A stretch of DNA of 64,000 nucleotides from Fistulifera solaris (Eukaryota): NCBI GenBank assembly GCA_030295235.1, contig AP026140.1, positions 186,001 to 250,000 of the forward strand, written 5' to 3'. The notes beneath the pieces are model-generated. The model did no database searches. It had not been told where the DNA came from and worked only from the letters and a program-made list of their open reading frames with translations. This document shows positions 24,407 through 37,970 of the stretch, piece after piece (positions within the stretch are counted from its first letter, which is position 1; every line of letters begins with the position of its first letter). A program made the translations under genes and the position numbers.

Positions 24407-24598
24407 CAGCGCGCTATTATAAATAGATAGATTATCACTTGGGGGAGTGGTGTTTTAACCTCTCCAGAAAATATGGGAGTGTGGTTTCCACGTGACGTGT
24501 CACATGACTGAAATCCAGTCACGGAAAATGTCGTCAACACTTTGGCCTATATACATATAGAATGCTCACCAATTCAGGACACTAATCGACCAAAAATA

Positions 24599-24868
24599 AT
24601 GGATCGCCGCCGTGATTTCACGCCTCTTGTTTTTTCTGTCGACGGGCTCATGGGTAAACAAGCTGTTGCGGCCTCACGCCAGCTTGCAAGAAAGCTGCAA
24701 AAGAAATGGAAGAGACCGTACTCAGAAATTTGTGGGTTTATCCGATCTCGTTTGAGTCTCTCGTTGGTTCGATCGGTGAGCATGCTATTGCGAAATCCGA
24801 GAGATGGCGCGCCACAGCGCAATCCTCCGCACTGGGAAACCGGCGCAGGTTTGTCGCTTTACTACTAA
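24599..24868 (+). mobile_element. 3' fragment of a CRE-like (RLE-type) non-LTR retrotransposon ORF
   Basis: RRDFTPLVFSVDGLMG..A...RQLARKLQKKWKRPYSEICGFIRSRLSLSLVR matches the C-terminus I recall for CRE-clade restriction-like endonuclease ORFs. No RT is present, consistent with 5' truncation. Confidence 0.72.
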
Positions 24869-25416
24869 CTGGGGTACAGTGATTCAGAAATCGGAGTTTC
24901 TGAAAGAAAGAAAAAACAATATTTGTTCCAAAAGAGAAAAACCAGTGGAAAATTCAGTCAAATGTCGATAAAGCATCCGCATTTCAGGAAAATTAAGAAT
25001 AAATATTTAACACACACAGTGAACAACATCAATCAATCGTTGTTTTGTTTGGAATTTCTCAATATTCAGTTCGAAATAATTAGTTGTTTGTTCCTCGAAC
25101 AGAACTGTATTGTTGGCTGTTGCTCTTTGTGTTGGACGACGACTTTTCCGATGACCAAACGTTCATGTTAGGGTTCGCGTTAGAATGACGTACTTTTGGT
25201 AAGATGATGACGTTTGGGAGCTCGACTATCGTGCAAGAAGTAGTCGGGGCGCGTGATGGATGGTCAAGAGTGGATCGGCTCTCGTCCGCGACGAGGACGC
25301 GCTTTGCAACGTACGAACACCTCCGCGAAAGATGCCAACCGCCGTCACAACATGATTCGGACGAGATCTTTGCAGTTTTAGGAGACAAAACATCCGTTTT
25401 AGAGCTATAGAACACG

Positions 25417-28356
25417 ATGAAGTTCTCTGCAGGCGTTGTTTTGGCACTTTTGGTGTCGCCGGCTTCGACATTCGTGCAAAGGCCTTCATTAGTATTTCAG
25501 ACACAGCGGCCAACCTTCCGACAAACGAGCAATCATCGATCGAGCCAATTGCAAGCCGTTGAAATTGCGAATATTTTTACCGCAATTGCGGCGGATCCTG
25601 AAGTAGCGACGGCAGCGGCGAATTCACTCGGCTTGTTGGATGTAGCCGTCTTTCTCGTTCCTCTGGCGGCGTTGGCTGCGGGTGCATCGGCAATTTCGCA
25701 ACGTGATCTCATTCGTAGTGAGATTGATACTACCGAGAGAACGTTAGCCGAAACAAAAGCTCTCTTGGAGAAGTCGGATCAAACTATCAAGGTAAGAAAC
25801 GAATGAAATGGATGCGACAAGAAATTTTATTGATACTAATGTGCTGTTTCCCGATGCGATGTCTAGATATCGTTTGCTACCGCCGCCGCAACCTTTGCGT
25901 TGGCGTTCGCTTATGAACTCGGTGTTATATCAATCCCAGAGACGACTTCGGTATCCTCGTCATCGGATGTAAATACAGTGACAAAAACACAACAAGTGTC
26001 GGAAACGAAGGCGCCATCGAAGATTGCTTCACCCAAAGCCGGCGGAGCCCCAAAAACTAAAGCCGAAGTAAAAACAGAAAAGCCGAAACCGGCGACGGAT
26101 CTGCGTGCTGTCCCACCTTTGCCAGCGGTTGAAAAGGGACCCGACAACTACGATGCGCTATTTGATAAACTTACCGCACCCAAAGACGAAGAAAAGGTAG
26201 AATCTAAAGAAGCGGTAGTCGATCCACCAAAAGAAAAGGAGGAAGTGTCAGAGCAACCGAAGGAGGGTGTAGTGGATTCGCTCCTTCCCAAAACAGTTGC
26301 TAAACCACAGGAAGAGGCAATTGTAGAGACAAAGGAAGAGGCCGCGAAAGAAATGCCAAAGGAGGTTATTCCCGAGCAGATTAAAGAGCAAGGAGGAGTT
26401 GTCAATTCGCTGATGTCGAAAGTCAGCGATGCGAAGGACAGCCCAAAAGAGTCTAAAACGGAGACACCGAAAGAGAAAGAAGGGGTAGTTGATTCATTGA
26501 TGTCAAAATTAAGTGAGAATACGAAAGAAGAAACGCCGCAAGAACCTCCCAAAGCTGCGGCAATCGAACCAGCAAAGCCTAGCGAAGAGTTGAAGGAAGC
26601 GACAAAAGAATCTGTCACGGAACTACCAAAAGCCGAGGCTGCAAAGCCAGAAACGCAAGAGGTGAAGAAAGTTGAAACAAAACCTGTAGAAGAGGAAGTG
26701 AAAAAGACTCCCGAGCAAAAGCCTACTGAAGCAGCAAAGGATACCCCGAAAGATGAACCAAAGACAGAAGAGACGAAGAAGACTGATGTTGTCCCGGCAC
26801 CCGTAAAAATTGTTGCGCGAGCTCCGGATCTAGAACCAGCGAAAGGTGGTGGTGTTGTCGAATCACTTATGCAGAGACTCAATGAAAAGCAGAAGGATGC
26901 GAAAGTTGAGGATGTAAAGCCGAAAGAGGCAGTTGAAGTGAAACCAAAAGCAGAGTCGACAAAAGAAGCACCTGTGAAAGATAAAGCACCTGAACAACCA
27001 AAAGCAACTCCTGCCCCGAAGGAACCGGCGACGAAGGAAACTGTTGCTCCCAAAGTAGAACAAATGAAAGAAACAGTGAAAGCGAAATCACCCGAACCAC
27101 CAAAACCGTTGATTGCACCGAAGGTTGAAAAGGCAAAGGAGGACGTAAAAGATAGTAAGGCGGCAGCTCCTAAAGAATCAGCCAAACAAGTGGCTGTCAG
27201 CTCAAAAACGGCTTCGCAACCAGCGGCTGCCCCGGCATTTGATCTTGGTGACTCTCAGATGGTCGTTGCCGGTGTTGCTGTTGCTAGTATTGGCTTAGCT
27301 GCCATTCTGATTGGATCCGGCGATGACAATGGATCGTCTCCATCCCCTTCGCAGCCAGTTAGCTCTCAGGCAAGCAGCAGTCCTCCCTCTGGTCCTCCGC
27401 AAAAGCCTCCAAGTGTGCCTAAGCCTTTTGACGCATCGTACCTTAACAGTCTAACTCGGGAAGAAACTGCTTTGAAAAACAAAGGTCAAGTTCGCGGTTC
27501 TTACCTCGATGTTATTGACGACACATCAGCATCTGCCAGATTGAAAGGAAAGAAGAGCATGAACAGTCCTTATCTGGAATCACTTCCCAACATTAAGCTC
27601 AACTCGGTACCTGCTGGTCAAGTAAAGGTTCCGCCGCCGGCTAAAATGCAGCAGCCTCCGCCTCCCCCGCAGCCAAGGCCTGAATCCCAAAGACCTCAGG
27701 CCGTCCCTGAAGTTCGTCAAGCTATCCCCCCGCCGCCCCAAGCAACGACACAGCAGGCAGTGCCTCCACAAGTGCAAACGCAACAAGCAATGCCCCCACA
27801 AGCACGAACGCAACAGCCAATGCCACCGCAGCCTGCAATGCCCGAGCCAAAGGCAGAGCCTCAGAATCTTTCGCCCGAGCCTCGAGCGAATAGCGGAGGA
27901 TATCTAGGTGCACTTTCCAACACGCCAGGCATGCCTCCACCAGGACCGAAGAAGAGCTTTAGTCCCATGGGTAGAAAATACAACTCGGCAACTTCCGGCA
28001 CAGGGGCGAGCTCCTATCTCGACAACATGTCATCGAGGACATTTTCGCAACCACCAAGCTACAACAGTCCGCCGCAAAATACGCCACCTCCGAGTAACGC
28101 TTCCTTCGATCCGAATGGCTCTTTGGGACGAGGTATGTCGAGCCCTCCACCCGGACCACAATTTGGTTCTTCCCCCGGTTCCTCTCCGAATGCTCCCATT
28201 TCCCCTTCAGGGCCACCTCCACCGGCGCGTCCAGCTGGTCCCATCAAAAACTTTAGCCAAATGGGCCGAAGATACACGGCCTCTCAAAGTGGCACTGGTG
28301 TGGGATCGTACCTTGACAACATCTCTCCGAGTGAAGGGGATAATAGAACCAACTAA
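25417..28356 (+). CDS. Putative plastid-targeted membrane protein with long low-complexity regions and repeated short motifs (~954 aa)
   Basis: Exons 25417-25791 and 25867-28356 (intron 25792-25866). MKFSAGVVLALLVSPAST-FVQ bipartite signal; three hydrophobic segments; K/E/P-rich then P/Q/S/G-rich regions. Confidence 0.85.
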
Positions 28357-28748
28357 GAAGGTTCTTGCCATTTCACCCGACAGCTAGCTTTGACACAACA
28401 TTCAAAAATAATCCGAAGACGGGTTTGCTATTCTCTATTCATCTATAGCACGTATAATCAACATAGCTTACTTGTTTTCAATCTCAAAAGTAAAGAAGCT
28501 ACGCATTAGTCAGCGATGAGAACTTGTGCATGTCGCACCGCATCAGTATACCTTAAGCGCTATAGGAATGAAGTGTAGTCTCGTTCAGAGTTTGGACGGT
28601 TAACACGGTTTGCACTTGCACTTGACAAAGTTGAAAAGATGAAGCCAAAGATTCAAAACATCGATGATGGTAAAAGAAGATCGGCAAATCAATCAACATC
28701 AAAAACTACCCTGAAAGAGACCTTTGATACGTTAAATTTGATAGCACG

Positions 28749-30360
28749 ATGTCTTTGCTGCAGCGCAGTATCCTTATCGGTATCGTGCTGCAAATTTGCT
28801 TGTTTTCGCAAGCTATCGCATTCACTGTCGGCACTCAGCAGCATGCTGTTCTTTCGCTACGAAGAGAACGATCGTCTACTACGGAGCTAGCATTCTTCCG
28901 TAGACTCTTTCGACGCAACAAGAAACAAGCTACACCTTCGGAACCGGCACCGGCACCGGCACGCGCCAAGCGCATCCCAGTCGAGCCCGCGGATCTCTGT
29001 GTCATCGGAGGCGGAGTCAGTGGCCTCATGGCGGCCGCCGAAGCTGCCAAAAAAGTCTCCCAAGGCCAAAATCATTCTTCTGGAAGCCGAAGAAACGCTC
29101 GGTGGTCGTGTTCAGTCCGACAAAACACCCGATGGTTTCACTCTGGATCGTGGCTTTGCGGTCTTTATTGAAGATTATCCAGTAGCCAAAACGGTTCTTG
29201 ACTATAAGCAGTTAAAATTGAAGCCCTTCCTCCCGGGAGCTCTCGTCAAAATAACCGAAACAAGCAGTCTGGCAAGGGTGGCCGATCCATTGCGGCAACC
29301 GGAAGAGTTGTTGACTGCATTGTTTGCGCCGGTCGGGACCTTTGTGGACAAAATGCGTCTTTTGCTGGTGATTCAACACGCTTTATCCACACCCGTGGAG
29401 AATTTTTTCACCGAGAATGAAACAGACACCGAGACGGAACTGAAAGAACGATGGGGACTCAGTGATACGTTCATTGATCGTTTCTTCCGCCCCTTCCTCG
29501 AAGGCATCTACCTTGCTCCTCTCAACGAACAGTCGTCACGAATGTTTAATTTTATCTTTAAGATGTTCTCAGCAGGAGCTGCTACCTTACCAGCTGGAGG
29601 AATGGGCGCCATTGCGGAGCAGTTGGCATCGAAAGCAAAAGAGGCGGGTGTCGACCTACGCACCGGTTCTCCGGTGACCAACGTACGAAAAGAAGAAGAC
29701 GGTTATGTCATCACCACGGAACTCGGCAAAGCTGCAATTCGTGCCAAGAACGTCGTTGTAGCCACCGACGGAGCTGCTGCTCAGAAGCTCTTGTCGCAAA
29801 TCAACGGACTCGAAGAGCTTGCGGCCAAACCCGAGCAACCTCAGCGTCAGGTGATGTGCATGTACTATGCCTTTGATGCTCCGGCTCCGGTGGAAGAACC
29901 TATTCTTATCCTCAATGGAGTCATCGGCAAACGAGGAACTCCGGAATGCCCTGTCAACAATGCATGCTTCCCTTCCGTCGTTAACGAGGGTTACGCTCCG
30001 GAAGGAAAGGCACTTTGCAGTGTTACCATTCTGAAAGACATGATGGACGCTTATGAAGGTAAAGAAGGTGACCTCGACAAGGCTGTTCGTGAGCAACTCG
30101 GAACGTGGTTTCCTGAATGCAAGGATAATATTCTCAGCAAGTGGGAACTAAAGGGTACGTACAAAATCAAAAATGCCCAACCCGCTCAACTGGGCGGCCC
30201 CTTTCCCGCCAGCATTAACGGCGGGCGAAGTCCCACGACTTACAGAGGAGTCCTTCCGCAAGGACTTCTAGTTTGCGGTGATCACATGGCAACCGCCACG
30301 CTAAATGGCGCATTGGAGAGTGGTATCCGTGCCGGCGAGGCTGCAGCTAAATTGCTATGA
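28749..30360 (+). CDS. FAD-dependent flavin amine oxidase / phytoene-desaturase-like oxidoreductase, putative plastid
   Basis: Signal peptide ending AIAF; VIGGGVSGL, LEAEETLGGRV, DRGFAVF, CGDH..TLNGALESG. One frameshift at ~29050. Confidence 0.85.
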
Positions 30361-30534
30361 TGATTTTTAAGATAGTTACTTGTGGATGAATTCTATGATC
30401 GTAGCGCGATCCATTATAGATAGTACCAGGTAAATTAAAAAAGACACTCCCTATAATGCTCTAAAAAGTAAGAATGAGCCTAAACAATATGTTACTCATT
30501 TTGATGCTTATCTTGAATGAAGGATTGCATTAGT

Positions 30535-31946
30535 TTAGTGCTCAATTCCGTGTTGATCCATGATGTCATTTACCAACAAAAAGTTTGGAGAGTCAACCCC
30601 GGTCACCATCCATGTAAGGTCACGCATGAAGCCTATCAAATGATCCTTGAACTTGTCCGACAAGGTAGACTCTTTCGGTGCTGCCGGGTTAACATTGACT
30701 TCCAGCAAGTAAATTCTGCCCGATTCCGTGACCATCAAGTCCAATCCAGCCACAACAAACTTTCTCACGTTCGGATTCGAGTCATCGGCCGTGACGCGGA
30801 TACGACCCGCAATGTCCTTGACCAAATCTCGACCAAAGGTGGTAGCAACGAAGAGCTCGACTTTTTCTTTCAAACCCATATCTTTCAATTCGTCGACCTC
30901 ATCCAGTAGCAATCGTTCTGTTCCGTTGGAAAGAGCCCCGTTCGTTATGTGAACCGTGCGGTCTCGGCCTTGCTCCCCCTGTGGGACCGGCACACCCGCA
31001 ACACGCACTTCGTGGCGGTTGTAGACGAATGTCTCGAGTAAATCGGTCCACTCCAAGTGTTCGATAATGAGAACATAGGTGCGGATATGAAACTTCCGGT
31101 TGCCGCGGATCAACAAAGATGGAGTGACTTCCGCTTGAAGTACTATCAATAATTTTGGCGATGGATTAGACAAAGTCCAGCGACGCAATGAAAGCATCAA
31201 CCGCAACAACACTCACCCCAACTTGGAATTCGATTCTTTTCTTCTATTAGCTTGTCGAGAAAATTTTCTTCCTCCTGCGCTCGTTGTCGGTGGGCACTAA
31301 TAATCTCGTGAATCTCTTCCGCCGTTTTGACAAAGAAAATTCCGTCACCCTGGCTTCCCATGGGTTCTTTGAGTACAACAAAAATGTCCTTGTCGTGATT
31401 CTCTTCCAACACGGGCATTTTATCTCCTACGACATTCAAGCACTCCTCGTGCGTCACATCCCAATTGATCAAAGTCGAAGGCGGTGATAAATGCTTGTCT
31501 TCACATCGACATCGTTGCATGGTTCTGACGAGTTCATCCTTGTCTTCCAGACCATCGAGTGCAGATGAATTCCCGTGTACAGCAAGTATCACTTCGTCCC
31601 GTGAACGAGAGCATATCTCTATCTTCAACGTCGAAATGACTTTTTGTTTGTGTTGATGTTGACGTCGACGCCGGGTTTTCGGAGTGTAAGCGGCCGGTTC
31701 TACACCCGCAGCCTTCGCGGCTGCTACATTCGTGGGAAGATCGGCGGGTTTCTCTAATTCTTCCATCTTTGAGTGCTTCAAATAAGACATCACCCACGCC
31801 CATGGTTCCCGAACGCAGTATAGAGTTTGAAAGTCTTCGCTTTCTTGCCAGACATCGATCGGTGGAGGCAGCGGAGGCTCTGCTTCTGCGTCAGCTTCTG
31901 CCACCGGTTGTGACCGTTCCGTTTTTCTCTTGTTAAAGAACTTCAT
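30535..31946 (-). CDS. Tubulin-tyrosine ligase (TTL/ATP-grasp) family protein
   Basis: VLKEPMGSQGDGIF, RKFHIRTYVL, HITN, GLDLMV..IYLLEVNVNP. Intron ~31143-31216. Confidence 0.85.
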
Positions 31947-32420
31947 TATGATATAGCGAGCTAATAATGCTGGCAAAGCCGACGACTCGAGTGATGTTAT
32001 GGTTGCATAATAATGGTGGAGCAAAAATTTCGTTTTGCCAAACCTCTGGCGGAAAACCGATGTACCGTCTACACAATAATCTACAGTCAATACAGGACCT
32101 CGTAGACCGCGTACAGTGCGTTACAAAGGAGAAAAACGGGGGGACGATGGACGATGACAGTAGGTTTCAGTACCGAACCCTACGCAGGCCTCTTACATCG
32201 TAGGGGCAATTGCAACTGATTGTCCCAGTGCCATACCAAATGCACAATAATCCATAGATCAACTCGTTTCTATAAAAAATAATAGTGAAGTACGAGATGA
32301 CTGCGTGAACCGTGACCTATGACCTTGGTCGGGATTTGATTATGCCACGCTTCCTGCGTCATCTCTCTAGGGTGCGAACGTGATGTTGTTCCTAGAGAAA
32401 GCTTTAGAAACGGTTGTTCA

Positions 32421-33318
32421 TCAGTTACTTGGATCACTTCTGTTATGAAATTCGCGATGAATGATACCATTGATGGCAAACGTCATACCCCATAATAAAC
32501 ACATGTAAGTGCTCCGTTGCTTGAAACCTGAGTAAAAAGTTCCTAGTCCTTCGGTTCGAATTATTGTCTGCATACAATCCATAGCCGATGAGTAGGGGAC
32601 CTGCGTGGATGCTGCTTGTGTCATCATCCTCGTTTTGATCACGTCCGCGGGATTCGTCGCAGCACCCGCTACAAAAGCCGAAGACATGCCCAAAACAACA
32701 TTGTCCCAAATCCCAAGTTCTCGCTTTTCTGCGTTTCGTCGCAATAGAATAGTCTTTAAAAAAGTCCATTGTGGTAAATGTTATTATCACAAAGGGGATA
32801 TTTCTTGCCATGGTCGGCTTCCAAGCCGAATAAAATCCTCTGATTCCTTCGTCTCTCGCAATGGATTGCACGGCCGATCGAAAACTAGGATAGATTTTGG
32901 TCACTAATCGTTGCTTGATGACTTCTTGGGGGACACTGACGACACAGGAGGCAGCAGCGCTCAATGCTGATGCAGCCAGTGGACCCACGTGGTCGCGCAA
33001 TGCTCCAAACACTGAAAATTGAATGGCTCCGATCAACAAAGCAAACGAACTCGTGGTAGCGGAGCCTCGGACCAGTGCACCGAGACCCACATCCGCCAGC
33101 GTTCGACCATCTCGGGATTGTGCTAGCGTACGGAGTGCATCGATCGGATACAGAGTCATCTGAGCTATGGCTCGACTCGCTCCTCCCGACAGCGTGGATT
33201 TGGCAAATGCTTGGATTCTCCGATGTTTACGAAATGGTGGTGATGTAGTGCTTGCCGCGAATGCCCGATCGCTTAGACACCAGGCGATGGCAAGGAAAGC
33301 TATAAGAGGTGATTTCAT
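32421..33318 (-). CDS. Mitochondrial carrier family protein (SAM-carrier-like) with N-terminal signal peptide
   Basis: Three PxDxxKxR-type repeats: YPIDALRT, VPQEVIKQR, NPADVIKTR. Frameshift at ~32750. Confidence 0.85.
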
Positions 33319-33668
33319 GTTAATACATAGTATCTACGAATGATAAATGCAGTGTATCAATGAGAAAAGCAGAGTGATTTTGTTTTCCTTGATTTTGTTT
33401 GGTGCACGAAAAATGAGACAGATCGCAGATCGCAATAAGGTCAAGGACCGTCCAGCGTACGTCCTACTGACGGTTCGATGCAAACTGTAAGGCTGAGTGC
33501 AGAGTTATTATTCTACTAATTTATCTGCTCTCCTAAACAGAATAGTCTGCAAACTTTCATAAAATGATCAATCAAGATTGCTAATGTAATCAATCCCTGC
33601 AGTGGTAATAGCAGAAGAGATCGTTGTGTTTCTGAAATGGTGGAAGTTGTGCAAATTTCTAAATGTTT

Positions 33669-35006
33669 CTAAACAGTGCGACCGAAAATCCAGTCGAATG
33701 CTTTCAACGGAACTTCGTCTTCGGTGGCTTTTTTCTTCTTGTTCATGGATCGCTCGGCGAGCTTTCGGTATCGATCAGGTAGTTTACAGATGTAATCGCG
33801 TTCTCGTTCAGCATCACCGGAGAGACCCTCCAAGTTTTTGAGATCCCATCGTTTGACCAGGTGCTCAATGATATCTGCATAATCGATCGCTGTGTAAACA
33901 CCAAGACGCTGAGCAACTTCCGAGAAATCAGTGTAGAGATTGATGTTGGAGCCGTCAAACATTTCTTCAGCAGGCATGACAATTTGACCACGCAAGATAT
34001 CACCGAATTCGTAGAGCAAACCTTCGGGATCACGCGCTAGAATCTCCTCCGAGAACTTTTGATAAGCCATTTCGTGTCGACCCTCGTCACCGGCAATCTT
34101 TGCGCAAATTCTTTGCAGTTTGGTGTCGCCCTGGGCTCTCGCCAGTTTCGCGACATTACCGTGAGAAATTTTGGTGGCGCGTTCTTGGAAAGACGTGTAG
34201 ATGAATCCTCGGTAAGGATCTTTCTTCGCCTGAGGATTGAAACCATTCGTGATCAAATGCTGGATGGTCACTTCGACACTGCGCATATCGCATCTTCCTC
34301 CAATGTACAGATACTTGTTCAACAAATCGCCGTGTCGGTTCTCCTCCGAAGTCCAACCACGACTCCAGCGCGCCCAGGCCGAGTCGGAAGTTCCAGTCGG
34401 GTCGTCGCATCCTTCGAACGTGTTCAGCAAAGTTTGGTACGTCGGGAGAGCTTCCTCCGTGACCATGTCTCCAATCAGAACGATCAAAAGTTCGTCCGAA
34501 ATTCCGGCAGCCATTTCGCGCATTTCTTTCAATTGTTCTTGCCAGTCATCTTTCGATAGGTCGGGCAAAAGTCCTGCGGCTGCCACGCTTTGTCACCCGT
34601 CTCGAGAAGCTGTGGGGTGAAAACGCAAAGATTCATGAGAAACATCAAGACGAAAATGATTTCATATCACCGCGCACGCAACGTATCGGAGCTTTTGAGG
34701 CAACGCGTGTTGCAAAGAAAGACTTACCACATCATCGACCATCTCCGCCGCAATCGGCGCAATGTCATTGATGACTTCAACGTGTTTTGGGTAAAGAAAG
34801 TTGGTAGCTTCGAGCCGCTTCTGCAACATATCTTCGGTGAAATGAACACCGCAAATGTCCTCGTACTCCTTCTTTGTCACTGTTGTGGGATCAACAGCAA
34901 CCATTCCTAGTGCGGTGGCCGGGCGGGGGGCAGCATTCGGCTGAAAACCCATAGTTGCGGACATGACAGTCGATACGACTGTGCTTACGAGAATTGCCTT
35001 GCTCAT
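33669..35006 (-). CDS. Plastid acyl-ACP (palmitoyl/stearoyl-ACP) delta-9 desaturase
   Basis: WQPQD, DMVTEEALPTY, WTSEENRHG, FQERAT, DEGRHE di-iron motifs; bipartite targeting peptide; intron 34610-34727; one indel at ~34568. Confidence 0.95.
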
Positions 35007-35542
35007 TGTTCTGTCTTGTGCTGAAGTAAAACGTGGGAAGCAAAGTTTGAAAGTGTGTCGAATGCAGCGGGCGAAAAACTAAGCCGGTTAAGAGAAAGCA
35101 GTCAGACGCAAGAAAAGGATCAAATGCGAACTGTTGAATAGATGTGTCGACGACGAAAGCTTGAAAAGTTACGCAGAGTGAGAAAGAAACCTTGTGCGAG
35201 AATGATGTCGACGTTGACAATTGCGATGGTGATGTGTCTCGCTTGTGTTCAAGATTCTTATACGTACGAAACGTTGCTTTCGCCAAGTTTCCCCCCAAAG
35301 CGAGATCTGTATGACATAAAGTGTACACTTTCGAAAGTACCGGACGACTCGAACGGCACGCGTAAACTTTACGTCATGAGTTCATGAATGACTTTCGGAA
35401 GATGACAGAAAAGTGTCATCTTTTTCAGTCGGTCGGGAAAGAATGTTGAGTCACGAATAGAGATAATGCCGAGGGAAAACTGGAAAACACGATGACAATA
35501 GGGAATTAAAGATGCGCTTGTCAATAATTTAACTTGTCTATT

Positions 35543-37500
35543 CTAGGCTACCCTCCTAAAGACAAACACAGTGTCCAGCGAAGTGCTACCTCGCATAATT
35601 CGCAAGTCCTTGTCCAGATAGGCGACATCGAGCATATTGAGCGGACCGAGACTCTTCCAATGATCCGCCCTGGTCGATGTCGGTCCGTAGTTCACGCGTT
35701 CGGGCGTGATGGCCAAAGTGATGGATGGCTCACCTGTAAATAAAGAAATACTCTGACGGAGGGTCCAGTCACCTGTTACGGTGACATCAAACGAAGCTGC
35801 TTCCGGTGTGACGCTGATTCGTTCGGTATATTCGACGTCGGACATGTATTTGGAAGAATCGAGACGCATTTTCAGGCCACCGAACTTTCCATTGGGGAAG
35901 CTCCCACCCAGTCCGCTGAGACCTTTGTTAAACTTCATTGCCGATGAGCTTGAGTACAAGAGCTCCCAATTTCCCGCAAGATCATTTTCGTCTACTACAC
36001 CTTGCTTTGAGCGAATGAGGTTTGCAGACTCTTGCTCTAGCATGTTGATCACTTTCAATATATTGGCTTGCTCGCGATCTGAAGCTTCCAAACCACAAGG
36101 AAGAAGGTCGTTGTCTTCATTTAATGCTTCAAGCATACCCAGAAGTGTCGTTTTGGAGCTGGGCGGATCATTGGTGGCAACAGCGCCTGGCACTTTCTGG
36201 TCAGCTGTAGAAGACTCGTCGCTCTCGTCATTTACGTCATATTCAAAAAGATCGTCGATGGCTTTGTAAAAAGCGAGAAAACGTGTTTCGTCGAGCTTTT
36301 CGGCCACGGCATTCGCAGTAAAGATACCATCTAGCTCGGACATACTTAGCTCGCCTTCATCGATCAGTTCGAGTAGTTCAGCCCACCGCATCAAGTCGCC
36401 CTTTGAAACTAGACCGTCTGCCCCAGCCAGTGAAGCAAAGAGTTCCTGAGGAGAGCGATCCCCTTCTTCTACAAGTTGGCCTCTAACAATATCTTCACCG
36501 ACACTGTCATCATCGTCGTCTTCCTCCATTTCTTCGTCGCTGAACTCAAACAGACTATCAAGAGCAACATTGAAACTCAAAAATCCGTCAATATCAAGCT
36601 TGTCGTCGGCGCCGAGACTTTTCTTTGTTTTCCCCCAAAGTTCTTCGAACTCATCTGAACCTAATAGTCCATCACTAACAAGCTTCTCAATCTCGTCCCA
36701 GTTCATCAAAGCCTGTTTTGAAATGAGTCCGTTGCCATCCGCAATCGAGTTAAAGACAGATTCTAGTTCATCTTCCATAGTCTTATCCACGTCTTCGGTT
36801 TGGTCGTCAACTTGAGGAGTTTCCTTCGTCTCCGTTGGTTCAAGGGCTGCAGCTGTGGATTGCTCTGGATTGCTTTCTTCGCCGTCGTCTTCAAACAAAT
36901 CATCGATATCACGATACACTTGTACGAATGAATCCACGTCTATTCGGGCCGCAGAAGCTGTGACGTCTGGGAACTTGGGCGCTTTCTCCCAAATATCATC
37001 GAGTTCTTCTGCCAACAAATCTCCATCGGCCTGTAACGAGAAAAAAAGCGCGTGAGTGACACCATCAAGTGTGCATCCGACTAGCACAAAAGCAGCTTCT
37101 GTATCTCAGGAATCGATCGTAAGTCCAGCATGATTTCGCGGAGTAATAAAATGCATTTTTTCATCAAAGACACAAACACAGCTCGTAGGCAGAAGCTCGC
37201 TGTTACAACGCACCAATAGTTGTAGAATAGAAGGTATTCTCTGAATAGAATTTTTGCTCATGAGACCTTCGTCGTCGCAATATTGTGAAAAGAGCTTTTG
37301 TAAGCCCTCCAGATCATTTGCTGCAACAAATTCATCGTCGGACGATGAAGAAAACAAGAAAATGTTCGGCTTTGCAATCGAACCTTTTCGAGTCAATAAA
37401 TGAGGCACAAACGCATCTTTTGACGGTAAAAAGATACTCTGTCTTGTACATGAAGAACGTTGTATCGAAAAGATAATGCCGATAGAGAAAGTTGTTGTGC
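35543..37500 (-). CDS. PAP/fibrillin-domain protein with N-terminal acidic EF-hand-like repeats (start uncertain)
   Basis: C-terminal LAGNWELLYSS...LDVAYLDKDLRIMRG..VFVFRR is typical of fibrillins. Repeated DxDGL..K..L / F..FY..IDDLFE units. Multi-exon 5' end. Confidence 0.75.
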
Positions 37501-37970
37501 TAAGAAAAAGACTGGGACAGCGTGCCGAAATACGGCAAAAACCCCACACGTTCTTTGGTGTTTTCCGAACTCAATATTTGCCCTCATGGTTGCCTCGACA
37601 CTATCAAGGAACTGACAAAGATGCTTCAACAAGTTGGGGAGAAGACACGGGGAACTTTGAAGTCGCACTTTCATCATGATTAAACGGGTGTGATCTTTTG
37701 CGCAAAACGAATGCCGATAACAAACGTCTGTACTGCAGTACGCGGTGATTCGCAATCGTCGGCCGATTTTTAGGAAGTCTCTACGTCCGTACCCAGTAGT
37801 AGCCCTAGAGCTACGTGCTAGCTGGTTCAAAAAGGATCAAAATGAAATATTCATCCAAGAAATGGCTAGTATGGTAGTTCAGTTATTTGTATCGTTCTAC
37901 AGGATCGCACTACAAGAGAATTGTAGACGTTCCTGTTTGCCCTCGTTGACTGACATCAGCCGGCCAGCAA

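Noticed and set aside
26148..27185. 345-aa F/S/G-rich minus ORF
   Set aside because: Antisense of the K/E/P-rich coding region.
28749..35006. Lipid/plastid gene cluster (oxidoreductase, carrier, desaturase, fibrillin)
   Set aside because: Mixed with unrelated genes; there is no evidence of co-regulation or non-random clustering from sequence alone.
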